A stretch of DNA of 64,000 nt from Octopus bimaculoides (taxonomy: Eukaryota). Position 1 is the first letter of the stretch. The number at the start of each line of letters is the position of its first letter. Under the pieces are notes generated by a model. It saw only the letters and a program-made list of their open reading frames with translations. It ran no database searches and was not told the DNA's origin. The stretch spans positions 136,247,099-136,311,098 of the forward strand of contig NC_068983.1 in assembly GCF_001194135.2 (NCBI RefSeq). The letters are read 5' to 3'. Shown in pieces: positions 51,190-64,000 of this stretch. Made by a program: the position numbers and the translations under genes.

Positions 51190-51531
51190 CCTTTAGTTTT
51201 GTGAAGGACACAACAGCCTCTCTTGTGTTACAACCATGATAAAATGCACCCAGTGTACTTTGTAAAGAGTGAGGTTGAGAGGAACCTTTCTTTAATGTTA
51301 AGGACGCAGTATCTCTCAAATGCTGGTATCAAAGTAAAATGCACCTAGTAAACAATGTAAAATGGTTAATGTTAGAAAGGGCATCCAGCTACAGAAACTA
51401 AGCCAAAAAATGAGACATAAGATGGTGCTTTGTAACCCATTAGAGAGAGCAGTACCTCTAAAAAGGACTGACTTTAGATTGTGATGGTCTGTCCAGTCCA
51501 AGTCAATGTGGAAAGAGAATGTAAAATGATG

Positions 51532-51535
<4 letters not shown>
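51190..51535 (+). mobile_element. Repeat family A copy
   Basis: aaaatgcacc..ttagaaagggcatccagctacagaaac..gtcaatgtggaaa..gtaaaatgatgat, followed by (AT)(GT)n. Confidence 0.65.
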
Positions 51536-51591
<56 letters not shown>

Positions 51592-52004
51592 ATATATATA
51601 CACATACACACACATAAATACACATTGAACTGTGTTGAATGAATGAGGAGTGTTGAATATATGTTGTAGAGAATTTGGCTTACTGAAACTGAATTTGTAT
51701 CTCATGACTCATGTTTCATGCAGCTGCAAATCTTCAAATACGAACAGTTCTTACTTGAAAATTCTAATGGCATGAAACTAGAGTAACAAGAATTCATTTT
51801 CGATAAAGCACATGCAAACACACACACACACCCACACACACACACACACAACTTCACTGTCCTTGGCAAATTCAAACTGTAACAATTTTTATTGCTCTCT
51901 CTGTCTCTTTTTTTTTTGCTTTTTATTTGTTCAATTTTGTGTTTGATTTCATGGCTGTTTTTGCAAAAGTATGTCTTAGGATGGGAAATCAGCAGTTCCT
52001 GGTA

Positions 52005-52150
52005 CTGTTGTTTAGCCTCAGGTTAACTCTTTGTAGATGTTTGATCAAATATGTTCTAGCTGTGACTGTCACATCTGTTTTTTAGTGCCATTTGAGAGAA
52101 ATTTGGCTGCTATTCCTTGAAGTTATGCAACCACATAAAGGCTTCCTTAA
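52005..52150 (+). mobile_element. Repeat family B SINE-like copy
   Basis: ttgtttagcctcaggttaac..tgatcaaatatgttctagctgtgac..gagagaaatttggctgctattcc. Confidence 0.6.
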
Positions 52151-55100
52151 TAGTTTGCCTGGTATTTTTGTAGTATGATGTGGTAACTAACACAATGAAT
52201 CTCTGCCCAGTGTAGACAATTTGTAGTTGAAACAATTTTATTTGTAGGAATTTGTTCTATATTTATATTTGGAAAATACAAACAAATATAAACTGGTCAA
52301 GCACAACTGATCCATTTGTAACCATCACGTCATATATCTAAAGCAGTATTGTCCAAAGTATTCTTTCATCTTTAAGGATGATAGTGGGCAATTTGAAAAA
52401 GATTTGACAGTTATTTTTTATAGATTGAGTGATTTCTACCTAATTGGCATGTATGAATGTGCTTTTGTGGTTAATGCAAGCTAGGATTGAAAAATATAAT
52501 TCTCACTAAGTCCACATCAATGTTTTAGGGCTTTCTGGCTATATTCTATGAAAATCTGAAAGTAAAATAGCTGGTAGTTATCATGAAAGAGGTAGATGTG
52601 AGGAATCTTATATAACTATGTGAAAGACATTCAAGAGTCATGGTATGATAGTTGTAAGTGTCAAAGATGATGTATTGGAGACACAGCTAAAGTATTTTAT
52701 GATTAGGAAAACATACATTGCACAAATCATTATGGCAATTACTGTAAGGATTTGCAATAGCAATTTATCAACTCCTGTCAATTCCAATTATGAAATATAT
52801 CTGATAAAATGAAGCACTTTAGTGATATTTCTAGTTATAGTCATTCTGTAATTATTGTGGACATATTATGAAATGTAGGGTTAAACACGGGTAAACCACA
52901 TTTTACAAACGGAATTTGTTCAGGAAGATTTGATCATTGCATTGAACAGGTGGAATAACTGTATTTTTGTTGTTGGCTCATGACAATGATGTTAATGGGA
53001 ATGAAACCCCTTTGCCAATCATCAATTTGAGATTTTTATATTTATTTCTTTTTCTTAAGGCTCAAATTAATACTGAAAGAAAAAATAACAACGATACAAC
53101 ATACTAGTTCAACCTTATGTTACAGTTTATATTGCATTTTGGTCAACTGCCCAATGACTGCCAATAGAAATTAAGCTGAAGGAACATAAGAAAACTTTCA
53201 AAGTCAGTATGTAGGTCGATAATTCAGGCTTTTACATCTTTCCAGCATGAGGTAGGCTGGCAGCTATTAGGAGATGGGAAGACAGGCCACTAAGAGGTTA
53301 TAGGAATTCATGATTAATCTAGATTCTTTCTCTCAGAAATTGTCCTTCCCAGTTCCTCTTTAATATAGGCAACTATTAACCACTAACCTACACCATATCA
53401 CGTAATAAATCTAAACTTAGCTAAACTTTTTAATAAGCTGTCTATCTAAATCAATATGCTGCATAAACATTGGGTTAGTGAAATCTGTTAAATATTAGTC
53501 AGAAAAAAAAATACTGTTTAGAAAAAGATACTGTTTACTCCCTTTTGTAAACCAAAAAGACAATCCTTATCCGGCATCTAAATTACAGTTAAAAACAGAA
53601 TAGATAACTGTATTAAGAAGCAGTAATTGATACTTTTTCATTTGCTGATTTTCATTAACTAAACTCTAGCTCTTTCATTCTCCCAATATGTAATCAACAT
53701 TGTAGTGGAAAGGAGTAGTGGATGTCTATGTTGTAGCAGTAGTAATAGTGAAGCTAGCAGTGATATTTGCTATGATAGTAGAGTTAGTAGTGGTAATAAT
53801 GATAATAAAAGTATCGATGAAATCATAGTGTTAATAAGTTAATCAGAAGCAGTAGTTGTAGTAACAATAGTTGATAAATACTGTAGTCTCTTTCCTTGCA
53901 TCCCATAGGTGACATAATTTAATACATCTGCTTTAGTAGAAAGATCTTTATTTTATGCAATAGTGAGGTAAGGAATGTAAGAAAGATGGCAGATATTCTC
54001 AATATCACAAGTCCCCAATCATTTTTACTCAATGAACAACCACTCCGCCACCACATTACTACTTCTAATACCACCACCAAATTTCTATCACTAAATATAT
54101 AAATATGTATGAATATAAAACTTCTATTCATATACATAAGTAGAAGACAAACCATTGCCCTGTTTAACACCACCACTTGATTCTTGGATACCTTTAGCAG
54201 AGTCCATTCTGTTAAAAGTATTCAAACCAGGGCATCAATTTGAGGCTGATTTCCTCCTATAATGATCACATAATGATCCCCAAAAGGGTCAAGGGCAGGT
54301 TTTTATTTCCTTTGACTTTGTCATCAAAGAAAACAAAAAGGTGAATTTCCTTTTATGTTCTAACACATATACTAATCAAAATGCTTCATTATGAAGTTTC
54401 CATGGTTTTATAAAGTTTGTAAATATATTAACATTTCTATGTTTTTAAATTATCATCTTTCAGATGAAGTTATGTGGGTATGTGTCACCACCTTCTTATA
54501 ATAAGCAAAGTCACCATGTTTAGTATAAACAACTGAATCTAAATTTTGGCCATGAGGTTTATACATTGTCATTGTTTATGGATAGGGTATGTTGTATGTA
54601 TGTTTATTTTAGCACTGAATCATGTTCAAAGAATTGCTTTTATGAACAGTAATCTATTTTTGTGGGTAATCCTTTAGAGTAAAGATCTTTTGTCCATTAA
54701 TGTTTTCTAATCTAGTTTTGTGTTGTGTAGTGCATAGTAAATTCTCTTTGTTGCATGATGAGAAAGTGGTAGAGTGGTCGTACATGTATAGCCAATATAA
54801 CAGTTGATTTTGTGAAGTTTATGACTTTCACAAATACAATCAAATTTATAAATTACAACAGACATTAGTAACTTATTTGTGAGTTTTAATACTTGTAGTT
54901 TGTTAACTGATGTGAAAGTTTTTCATTTTAATGTTTTTGTAGTATACTATTACTGTTAGCTTAAGGTTTGGTATAGTGCATTTTGAGTCCTGTTTTACAA
55001 GGGATTTTGATAATATGTTCATTTATTATATCCAATGCTATGTATAAATATATGTATATATGTGGGTACACACACACACATTTATATATGTATATATAGG

Positions 55101-56570
55101 CACAGGTATGGCTGTTGGTTCAGAAATCCACTCCAGAACCACATGATTTCCGATTCAGTCCCATTGTATAGAATCTTGAACAAATGTCTCCCATATAACT
55201 TGAATAATATGCATTCACCTAACCCATGCTAGCAGTGGGAAACAAATGTAAAACAAATACACACACATGCATACGTTTTACAAATATATAGAAGCAAGAT
55301 ATATTCAGTTGAATCAACTTCAGTACATGCCACAAATGATTATCTTTATCAACTAGAGATGCAAGCCAGTGTCCATGTTAGGGATATTTGAACTCAGAAT
55401 CTACTGAGTTGTAATTAAATACAGCATGGTTCTAGTCTAGCACTGTACCATTTAGTAATAGCACTTACTAACAACAATAATAATATAGATTGCTTATACA
55501 CAGATTTATTGCAGAAAGGAAATTGAATCGTGTGATATTTATCCTGTTCTCAAGGGTTTCAGTAACATAAATGGACTTTAGGTAAAGAAGAAATTAAATT
55601 ATGTCATGTTCATGCTTTCCTCAAAGGAATTAGTAACATGCCTGAAATAAAATGGCTATAACTGAGAATTTCAATTGATCTGCTACTCGATAGGAACAAC
55701 TTGAACAGTAATAGTAATATAAAGTTGTCTGATGTAGAGGATACATCAGTTTTTATCAAATATAATTTTTACTGTTGCACTTATAAAACAAATTTTCAAT
55801 ATTTTACTTATATTTAAAAAAAAAAGATGCCTTTTGCTGTTGTATTTTGTTTCAAACTGAAGACTTTTTTTTTAATTGCCATTCATCTCTCTAACCTTGT
55901 CATTTATTTGTCAAATTCTTTGTCCTCATGCTCAATGTTGTATATTTATCTATACACAGTATATATTTACTTTTTTAATAATTTTATTTTTTACTATTCC
56001 TTCAGTTTCTATTCCCTCAGTAGCTTTCTATTTTACTCTAGTTATTTTCAATAGAAATATAAAAGATTTAGTTGCTTTTTCTAGTAGGTCAAATGGTTCC
56101 ATAAGGTTGTCTTGCTTGCAGGAATTGTTACAAGTGACAGAGTGGGAGTGTCTTAAAAGAAATTAGTCTCTCATTCTAGTTAACCCTATGAAAGAGATAA
56201 ACAGAGGTCAAGTGGTTAGACCAATACTTTTCCCCTTAATTCTTTTTCTGATTTTGTAAAGTAGTGTGAGTAAGCATGTGTTATTTATTATAAGCAGTGT
56301 CCTTGCCAGATGACCACCTGATTTACATTCCCAACACCTTAATATACATAATTATTTCTTTCTCCTTGTTTTTATGTTTGGTATGTGTAAACAAAACAAC
56401 ATTGCTTTCAAATACAGGTGGTATCATATACTTTCAGTTGACTATAAAAGCATAACCAGGTGGACTTCTTGACATGTCATGTGATCTTTGTAAACAAAAA
56501 AAGCTTGTAACTATGTCTGGGCTGTCATTGTTTAATAGACCAGGGGTCATTACTTTGCTTGGAAAAAGTC

Positions 56571-56760
56571 AGGGCATCCAGCTATAGAAAATCTGCCTCA
56601 ATGAATTCTGTCTGACCCATGCAAACATAGGAAAATTGATGTTAAAATGATGACGAATGCTGATGATATATCATCATCATCATTTTACCATCCCCTTTTC
56701 CAGGGTTGCATGGGTTAGACAGAATTCACTAAAGCAAATGTTGCACAACTGGATCCCTTC
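56571..56760. repeat. Tail-to-tail inverted pair of short family A-like elements (near-palindrome)
   Basis: Arm 56571-56668 (+) and arm 56669-56760 (-) align at roughly three-quarters identity. Core tgaattctgtct[g/a]acccatgcaa; perfect palindromic centre tgatgata|tatcatca. Confidence 0.85.
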
Positions 56761-57014
56761 TTGCCAACCCTCACCTATTTCCAAGCAAAGTAATAACCCA
56801 CTTGTTTATTAAACAATGAATAGCCAAGACTTGATTATGCAGAGAACTGGATACATATGACACTATTTGAATGAACCTTTAATTTACAAAGATCACACAT
56901 GAGAAAGGAATTTATAAAGCTTGCACATGCTTCAGTTGTAGACTGCAGCAAAGGACACTACCTGTATTGACAGTATAGCTGTTGTTTACAAGTGAAGACA
57001 AGGAGAAATACAAA

Positions 57015-57021
57015 CTCTCTT

Positions 57022-57099
<78 letters not shown>

Positions 57100-57375
57100 N
57101 NNNNNNNNNNNNNNNNNNNNNNNNNNNNNNNNNNNNNNNNNNNNNNNNNNNNNNNNNNNNNNNNNNNNNNNNNNNNNNNNNNNNNNNNNNNNNNNNNNNN
57201 NNNNNNNNNNNNNNNNNNNNNNNNNNNNNNNNNNNNNNNNNNNNNNNNNNNNNNNNNNNNNNNNNNNNNNNNNNNNNNNNNNNNNNNNNNNNNNNNNNNN
57301 NNNNNNNNNNNNNNNNNNNNNNNNNNNNNNNNNNNNNNNNNNNNNNNNNNNNNNNNNNNNNNNNNNNNNNATATA
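57015..57375. repeat. (CT)(CA)n microsatellite running into a 271-N assembly gap (57100-57370)
   Basis: Direct inspection. Confidence 0.95.
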
Positions 57376-57696
57376 TACAGTCTATTACAGTCTGTCAGAT
57401 ACCGGCCATGATGAAATACCAAAAGGTATGGAAAATACGTATTCGCCTTTATATATTTAATCCTTTATATTGAACACTCAATATTTCATATATTCAATAA
57501 GACATTCAATACTCCATTTCATTGTACCATCCATTTTTATATTATATATTATATATTCCATATTCTATATCCCACATTAATTTTACAAGAATATAAATAA
57601 AACATAAAAAACAGACAGAGTTGGAACTCTTTTAATAAAATAATATATTCCTCTATACACGATCATACAAACCCCCCTTTTTTGTATTTATTTTTA

Positions 57697-57746
<50 letters not shown>

Positions 57747-58195
57747 CATACAGAGAAAGAGAGAAAGAGATTCATTTATTTTAAAGTCATTTTTCTATGT
57801 TGGACAAGTTCTTATTTAAGGTAATTTTCATGGCCAGATGTTATGTTTGTCACCAACCCCTTTATATGCAAAGAATGCTATTTATTGCACTGCTATGGGA
57901 ATACAATGCTACAGGCAATAATGTTCACCAAGAATGTAAACATTCAAAGAGTGAAAGTGTTTACGACCAATCTCATAAGCAGCATTGCCAAACTGATGGA
58001 GTCCTATGTCAGAGATCCTAGAACTTCTGGAAATCACATAACTTTATTCAATCCTCACAATTCAAATTTATCTCTCTAATTCAAGCTGCTGTGGTCAACT
58101 CATTGAATTTCTTGAAGATACCACCCAAATCACATTGCCAAAGTCAAATAACTGAAACCAGTAGAAGAATGTATATAAATTATATAAATATTATA

Positions 58196-58227
<32 letters not shown>

Positions 58228-58380
58228 CTTCATGGTTGTAAAAAAGTTTGTTTTTTTTCAAAAAATATAAAGTATAAAGAAAACAGAGTAGAAATTTGGG
58301 TATTCTTTCTCAATAATTTTGTTTTATTTTCTAAATTTCTTATTTAATCATTTTTGTACTCTCTTACATATCTATTGTAA

Positions 58381-58715
58381 GACAGCAAATTAACTGAGTT
58401 GTTAAATTTTCTGATAGAATGACTTGCATTATTTGTTCTGGATCTCTGTGTTCAAATCCTGTCTTTCATTCATTCCGATCAATAAATAAAGTAAGTAGTT
58501 CTGTACTGGGACCAATTTTTTCCCTCTCCCTCTCTTTTACTTTGGATTCTACTTGTAATTAAAAGTCTAGCTTTGTCAAATTGTCTTATGTTGTGTTAGC
58601 CTGGTAATTGCATTAAGGGTACATGTGTATTTGTGAAATACTCAGTCACTTACATGTTAATTGATAATTTGGAATTTAGTTGATTGAACAACTGACTGCT
58701 AATTAGTAACAGTTT
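58381..58715 (+). mobile_element. Repeat family C tRNA-derived SINE-like copy (degenerate)
   Basis: B-box-like tgttcaaatcc, then tttcattcattcc..aataaa..agt..gtactggg. Related copies near 3430-3545(-), 6370-6500(-), 20420-20670, 37620-37745(-), 40490-40630, 42000-42150, 42745-42935 and 55290-55420(-). Confidence 0.55.
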
Positions 58716-60279
58716 TCTCATTTAGAATAAAGATGCTACTACTGGACAGTTAAACCAACAAAGAAGTGAAGGGGATTCTTCTTTTAAAGTAGATTTTAAA
58801 CTAAAGTGCAGCCAACATTATGTTCTCAAATTTAAAAGATTTATGACATAAATCCATATTAGGTTGACAAATTTGTTCTAAAAGAAAACTGAGAGTGCCA
58901 CAGATTAACAGGGATGTTGGTGTTTCTTTTTTTTTTTTTTTTTTTTTTTTTTTTGACAGAAGGAAATATGTATGAAAATAGAAATAATAAACTAAAGAAT
59001 GAATTAAAAAGAAAGAAACTATGACAAAAGATACTTAATCAAATATCATTTTGCAGAAATATATTACAAGATACTGTCTCCAAGGAAAAATAATATTAAA
59101 TAAAAGAAATTGGTTCCAGTTTTTCTATATTGTTCTTTATGTAAATGTATCAGAAAGATTAAATATTTTGTTCCTGTCTTGAAAAATAATGACTGTGCTT
59201 TCCGCAGTCAATTTTTATTTGTGACAATTTCTATAATAAGGACTGTAAGGTAAGAAAAATGAATGAAAAAATTTGAAGATAGTTTCAGTAATCAGTAACA
59301 GCTAGTCAATTTCATAAGAAAAATGGAGCCAGACATTTTAGCACTAGTTTGGCAGTAAACCAAAAAAAAAAAACTTTTCATCCATATGTAGTTGCAACTA
59401 AGGATGTATATTCAAGGTGTGCTACTGATGTACTTATAAACTATTTTAGGGTATGCTGTTAATAAAATTATACATTATTTTTATTGGGTCAAACCACTGT
59501 AATTCTGGAGCACTGCCACCAAACGTTTTACTGTCTATTTCATATTTTCTACATTAGTTAATACCATAAGATTACTACCATTTTAACTATGATTTAAAAC
59601 CATGTAAATATATGGCAATTATTTTATAAAATAATGTTTAAGTTTATGAAATTTGTAAAATAAAATAAGCTTGTATATTGTGAGAAAAAGTGAGTTCTGA
59701 TGTTTTGTACTTTACTCTATTATAATGTTCAGCATATTCTATTTCAGTGCCAAAGTATGCTGATGAAATCAAAACAATAGATATATTGTGATTAAAAACT
59801 GAAATCTTACTAACTAAATTCTTGTGTCTTACACTGTTGAAGTCAATTACTTTATCAAAATTTTAATGATGCCAATCTTTTGTAAACGAAATTGAAAATG
59901 GATTTTAGATTCTTAGACAAAGAAATTAATAGATGAGATCAGATTTAGTGATAAACCTCTACTGGTAGTTTTCGTTCTATTTCAATGCTGGTTCTTAAGA
60001 TTGCTATTAGCAAATAGAATTATCATTGAAGAGTAGAGTTTATTCAGATAATTGAAATATTATGTTGAAAGATGGCTAATCTCTTCGAGATTACTGATGC
60101 AAAGATAAAGAGTTCAAATTTTACTGCTGCTGGTGCCTTTCGTCCATAAGCTTTGTTACAGCTTCTGTTTATCCTCACACAGCTATGAGAGTCACTAAAC
60201 TTGTAACTCTAATAAATCTTGTAAACGTTGAAATGTGAAGAACCAAAAAAATCATATACACAAGGAAAAGGGAAATGCA

Positions 60280-60280
60280 T

Positions 60281-60328
<48 letters not shown>
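60280..60328. repeat. (CA)n microsatellite
   Basis: Direct inspection. Confidence 0.95.
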
Positions 60329-60329
<1 letters not shown>

Positions 60330-61563
60330 TTATAATTAATTGATATGATTTTTGCATAAACAGTATAACAAATGAAAGCAAATATAAAAATTGATTTATA
60401 TATTTAATAATGGATTTTACTATTACGTTATGTTACTCTTGGATTTTAGTTATATACACATGAGAATTATCTTCTATAACTCAATATTCAGCAACAAATA
60501 ATGATTTTTATATATTTATAATCTAACCAATATATTAGGATATTAAGAACTTCACTAATGCCCTTACATAAAACATGCCTAAAATTTGAGCAATTCAAAT
60601 CTCAGCCAACCATTCCAGCATTTTTTCTATCTACAAAGGCAATAATAAAGTTTTATGATAATTTATATATCAATTATTGTCAGTTACAATATTAACTCAT
60701 AAGATTGGGAAAACTGGAGAATTGAAAATAACTTCCAAAAATTCTGAACCAAAATTAATGGGAGGCTCAACAAACTAAAACATAATACTTTTTAGTAATC
60801 CCTTAGACAATAAGGTTATGAACTCTGGCCCTAGAGAAAAGCAAAGTTCTTCAAAGGAATAGGTATAGACAATTGACTCAATCAAACTTAGCATGATGCA
60901 TCATCAGGTTAACACACTACTCAATTAAACTCCACCAGCTTGGCCTTGAGTGCCTTTACCAGACCTCACTCTGTTACAAACATTTCAACCAGACCATCAG
61001 TTGCCTTGTTGTCCATGTATTTCCTGCAGATACTGACATACAGTTGTTCAGACTGAGTAATTCTATCAGTTTGGCAGGCTTTCAAAAGTTATGAGTACAA
61101 CTTATCTTTCCCCTGACTGACATGTATTCTAACAATCTCTGGGAATATTGTGGACAAAACACTTGGATGAAAGTTGAACACAGAATATGAGTACCTGGTC
61201 CAATAATGCAAAATAAACAAATTTTTGCAATTGTCTACTATCTTTACAAAATTTGTAAAACAAAGACATTCAACTGTTTAATGTTTAAAACAACAACAAT
61301 CAGTACATGGGACATATAAAAACTCAGTGAAGTGTAATGTTTGAAAAATGAATAAATTTACAACAGTTAGGTGTTAACAGATTCAGTTCAATATGAAGAA
61401 TTTTATGGGATCTATTATCAATTAAATACCATCCCAGGAATTAAGAATATTCTTATAAATAAATTAAAAAGAAAGAGATGTAAATATCATCACACAGATC
61501 TAAAACTGACACTGAGGGAGTCAATGGAATTTTCTGTAATAAAAAGAAGTGTCACATTCATAC

Positions 61564-61617
61564 CTAGGATGTATAGTGATTAAATGAAATGGAGATAATA
61601 TTGAAAATTGGTCCTGC
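61564..61617 (-). other. Candidate cryptic/poison exon in the presumed Dcp1 intron 1
   Basis: ctcttgtcttgtgttgttgcctctttactttag|54 nt ending TAG|gtatga. The TAG is a stop in phase 0. Confidence 0.25.
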
Positions 61618-63314
61618 CTAAAGTAAAGAGGCAACAACACAAGACAAGAGCTTGAAGATTAAGCAATGAAGATCTGGAAATATTGATGATGGATTTAGGA
61701 ACTTCACTGTTTCAAAGGAACTGTGAAAAACTCATTAAAAAAACAACAAAAAAAACTAGAACACAGTAATGCATTCAATACAACCAATTGAAAAGAAAAG
61801 TTGTTCCTCATGTGAGAGTGTGTGAGGGATGGAAAGTAAGAAAATATGTATGTATGTAATTACGAGAATGAACATAGACTGAAATTGTTGGTAAGCATGT
61901 ATTTGTTTGTACATATATTATGTATATAATTATATTCATGTGAATATGAGTACATTATGTAAATGTATTATTTATGTCTGTCAAGTGAATTAGAGGTTAA
62001 CTATGTCAATTTCCACAGAACAGCAATATATAAGCAAAGCAAAATTCTAAAAGGCAACAAATGGCAGAGGTAGACCACATTACAAAGTAATCAAATAAGA
62101 CTGCAAGGAAACTAGAAATATTACATTATGTATGTGTGATTATAAGCATATACCCTAGCTGCAAACATAGTACTTCTGGAAGACCGATTTTGCCATATTT
62201 TATCCATGTTCTCGTCAGATTTCTGATTTAGTATTAGTGTAGCCCACCATTTTGCTTTTCTCACTTGTTCATTTTCTCTCCTTGCTTCTGTGTTGTATAG
62301 ATTTATTTAAATTGGTGTTAATACTCATTTACACACATCTCATTCCATCTAATATAGTACAAATATTCTGTTTCAAGTTTTACGTCTTCTTTGCCAAACA
62401 ACTTCAGGGAAACATGGCAAAAATAGTTTCACATTAGTCTGGTCCAGTTGAATCTAAACTTATATTCCAACATGTAACTCTTTCTTTTAATTTTAATTAC
62501 TTCAAAGCTTTATGTTGCAAATACCAAAAATTTTAGTCTAATACATTTATATATTTCAAACAGTAGAATAAATGCCTAGTGGCACATAACTTCCTTGCCT
62601 TATATTCTGGGTTGAAATTCTGTAAGGGGCAACATGCTGTTTTATCCAATGCAATCAAACTGTTATACAAGGATTGATTCACATATCCCATAAAATTTAT
62701 TGTCTTATGCTAGTGAAAGAAATCATTTACCATTATAATTATTATAAAAAGTTATGTGAACAATGTATTAGGCCATCAGCTCTTAGGTTGCAAAAAATTA
62801 ATCTGAAAGCATATCTTAAAGTTTTAGTTTGGACACCATTTATCCTAATAGAATAAATAACAACCAGCTACCGTTTCTTACTGTATTAATGCAACACAAA
62901 CGTCAACAGATCAGTTGACAGCCACAGAAATGTATCTATTTTATGAGTAACAGTAATCTTAGTATCTTGAAGAAAACATTGTCGGATGCTTACAATATTG
63001 GACAAAATCCATCTACATCTATAAATCTGCTTAGAAATAAGAAAGATGTCAGCTAAAGAACATACTCTTGATGGAAAAAGCATCATCATCAGTATTTAAA
63101 ACTTGCATCTATTCAAAAGCATGACTGAAAAAGCAAATACGAAAATTAATTGAATTCCTGTTTGGCTTTGCGAGTTTGTGAAGATAAGTTTAGCTATAAC
63201 CTATATTCTGCTGAGTTCATCAGAATACAATGGATACAAGAGCTAGGAAAATAAGAAATGTAGATAAGTGTAATACTCATTGAAGTATTATGTAACACAG
63301 AGCAGAACACATAC

Positions 63315-63458
63315 ATCATCATCATCATCATCATCGTTTAACGTCCGCTTTCCATGCTAGCATGGGTTGGACGATTTGACTGAGGACTGGTGAAACCGGA
63401 TGGCAAAACCAGGCTCCAGTCTGATTTGGCAGAGTTTTTACAGCTGGATGCCCTTCCT
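63315..63458 (-). mobile_element. Repeat family A copy, CpG-intact, truncated by a gap
   Basis: (catcat)n cgtttaacgtccgctttccatgctagcatgggttggacg..cagctggatgcccttcct, the reverse complement of the 17830-17970 core. Confidence 0.85.
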
Positions 63459-63468
63459 NNNNNNNNNN

Positions 63469-63520
<52 letters not shown>
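63469..63520. repeat. (GA)n microsatellite after a 10-N gap (63459-63468)
   Basis: Direct inspection. Confidence 0.95.
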
Positions 63521-63521
<1 letters not shown>

Positions 63522-64000
63522 TGCTTACATATATGGAATTATATACCTTGGAGTATAGATTTAGGATCAAGTATACAAGAAAAATTACGTAAGACAGTTA
63601 TGCAAGACATGAATTAATTTCTATGCAAGGATAAATATTCATTTTTTGCTTTAAAATAAATTTGAGATGTTAATCCTGCAAATGTATATTCTTATACACA
63701 CTATAGTATGCATCTATGGAATGCATATCTTACTGCGTATTATATGTGTATTATATACTATGCATTTATGGAATGACTTCAGAAAGGAGGATGGCCTCAT
63801 AAAAAAAGATTTTTTTAAAACTTTGATTTTAGAAAAATAAAGCAAAATACATTTAAGTCAGGAATATGTATGATGCAAAAATCTAATTAATAACTGATAT
63901 TCTGTTAAACATATATATGTTAATTCCCTCTATGCTCTAAGGAGCTTTTAAAAACTGATATTTACTTCCAGTTTCCTGGGATTAAGCTGATGAGAAATAA

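Noticed and set aside
51755-51777. 23-nt minus-strand micro-exon candidate
   Set aside because: Short, frameshifting and expected by chance at this intron length.
57797-58140. Overlapping 74-78-aa ORFs in moderately complex sequence
   Set aside because: No recognisable domain or consistent splice sites on either strand.
58926-58960. T29 tract followed by GACAG
   Set aside because: Could be a plus-strand acceptor or a retroposed poly(A) tail, but no donor, element body or target-site duplication was found.

Overview
AT-rich, repeat-dense eukaryotic DNA with many microsatellites and five N gaps. The repeat families resemble octopod (Octopus-like) SINEs and RTE tails; this is recalled resemblance, not a database result. 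One host coding exon is convincing: a 41-nt minus-strand exon at 41211-41251 encoding ERTSIEGTLFVYRR, from the EVH1 domain of mRNA-decapping factor Dcp1. I could not find the preceding or following Dcp1 exon, so the rest of the window is probably two very long introns (>22 kb and >41 kb). These introns contain decayed transposons: a full-length rosa/DD41D-like Tc1/mariner with TIRs, a deleted maT-like Tc1, a mariner, a Tigger/pogo, R4/Dong, RTE and CR1/Jockey-type LINE fragments, and many SINE copies. No rRNA, tRNA gene, CRISPR array or intact multi-gene system is supported. The most interesting leads are RNA-level hypotheses: a tail-to-tail repeat hairpin (possible ADAR substrate), a transposon splice acceptor in frame with Dcp1, candidate poison exons, and a stem-loop over the Dcp1 exon donor. 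None can be confirmed without transcript data.
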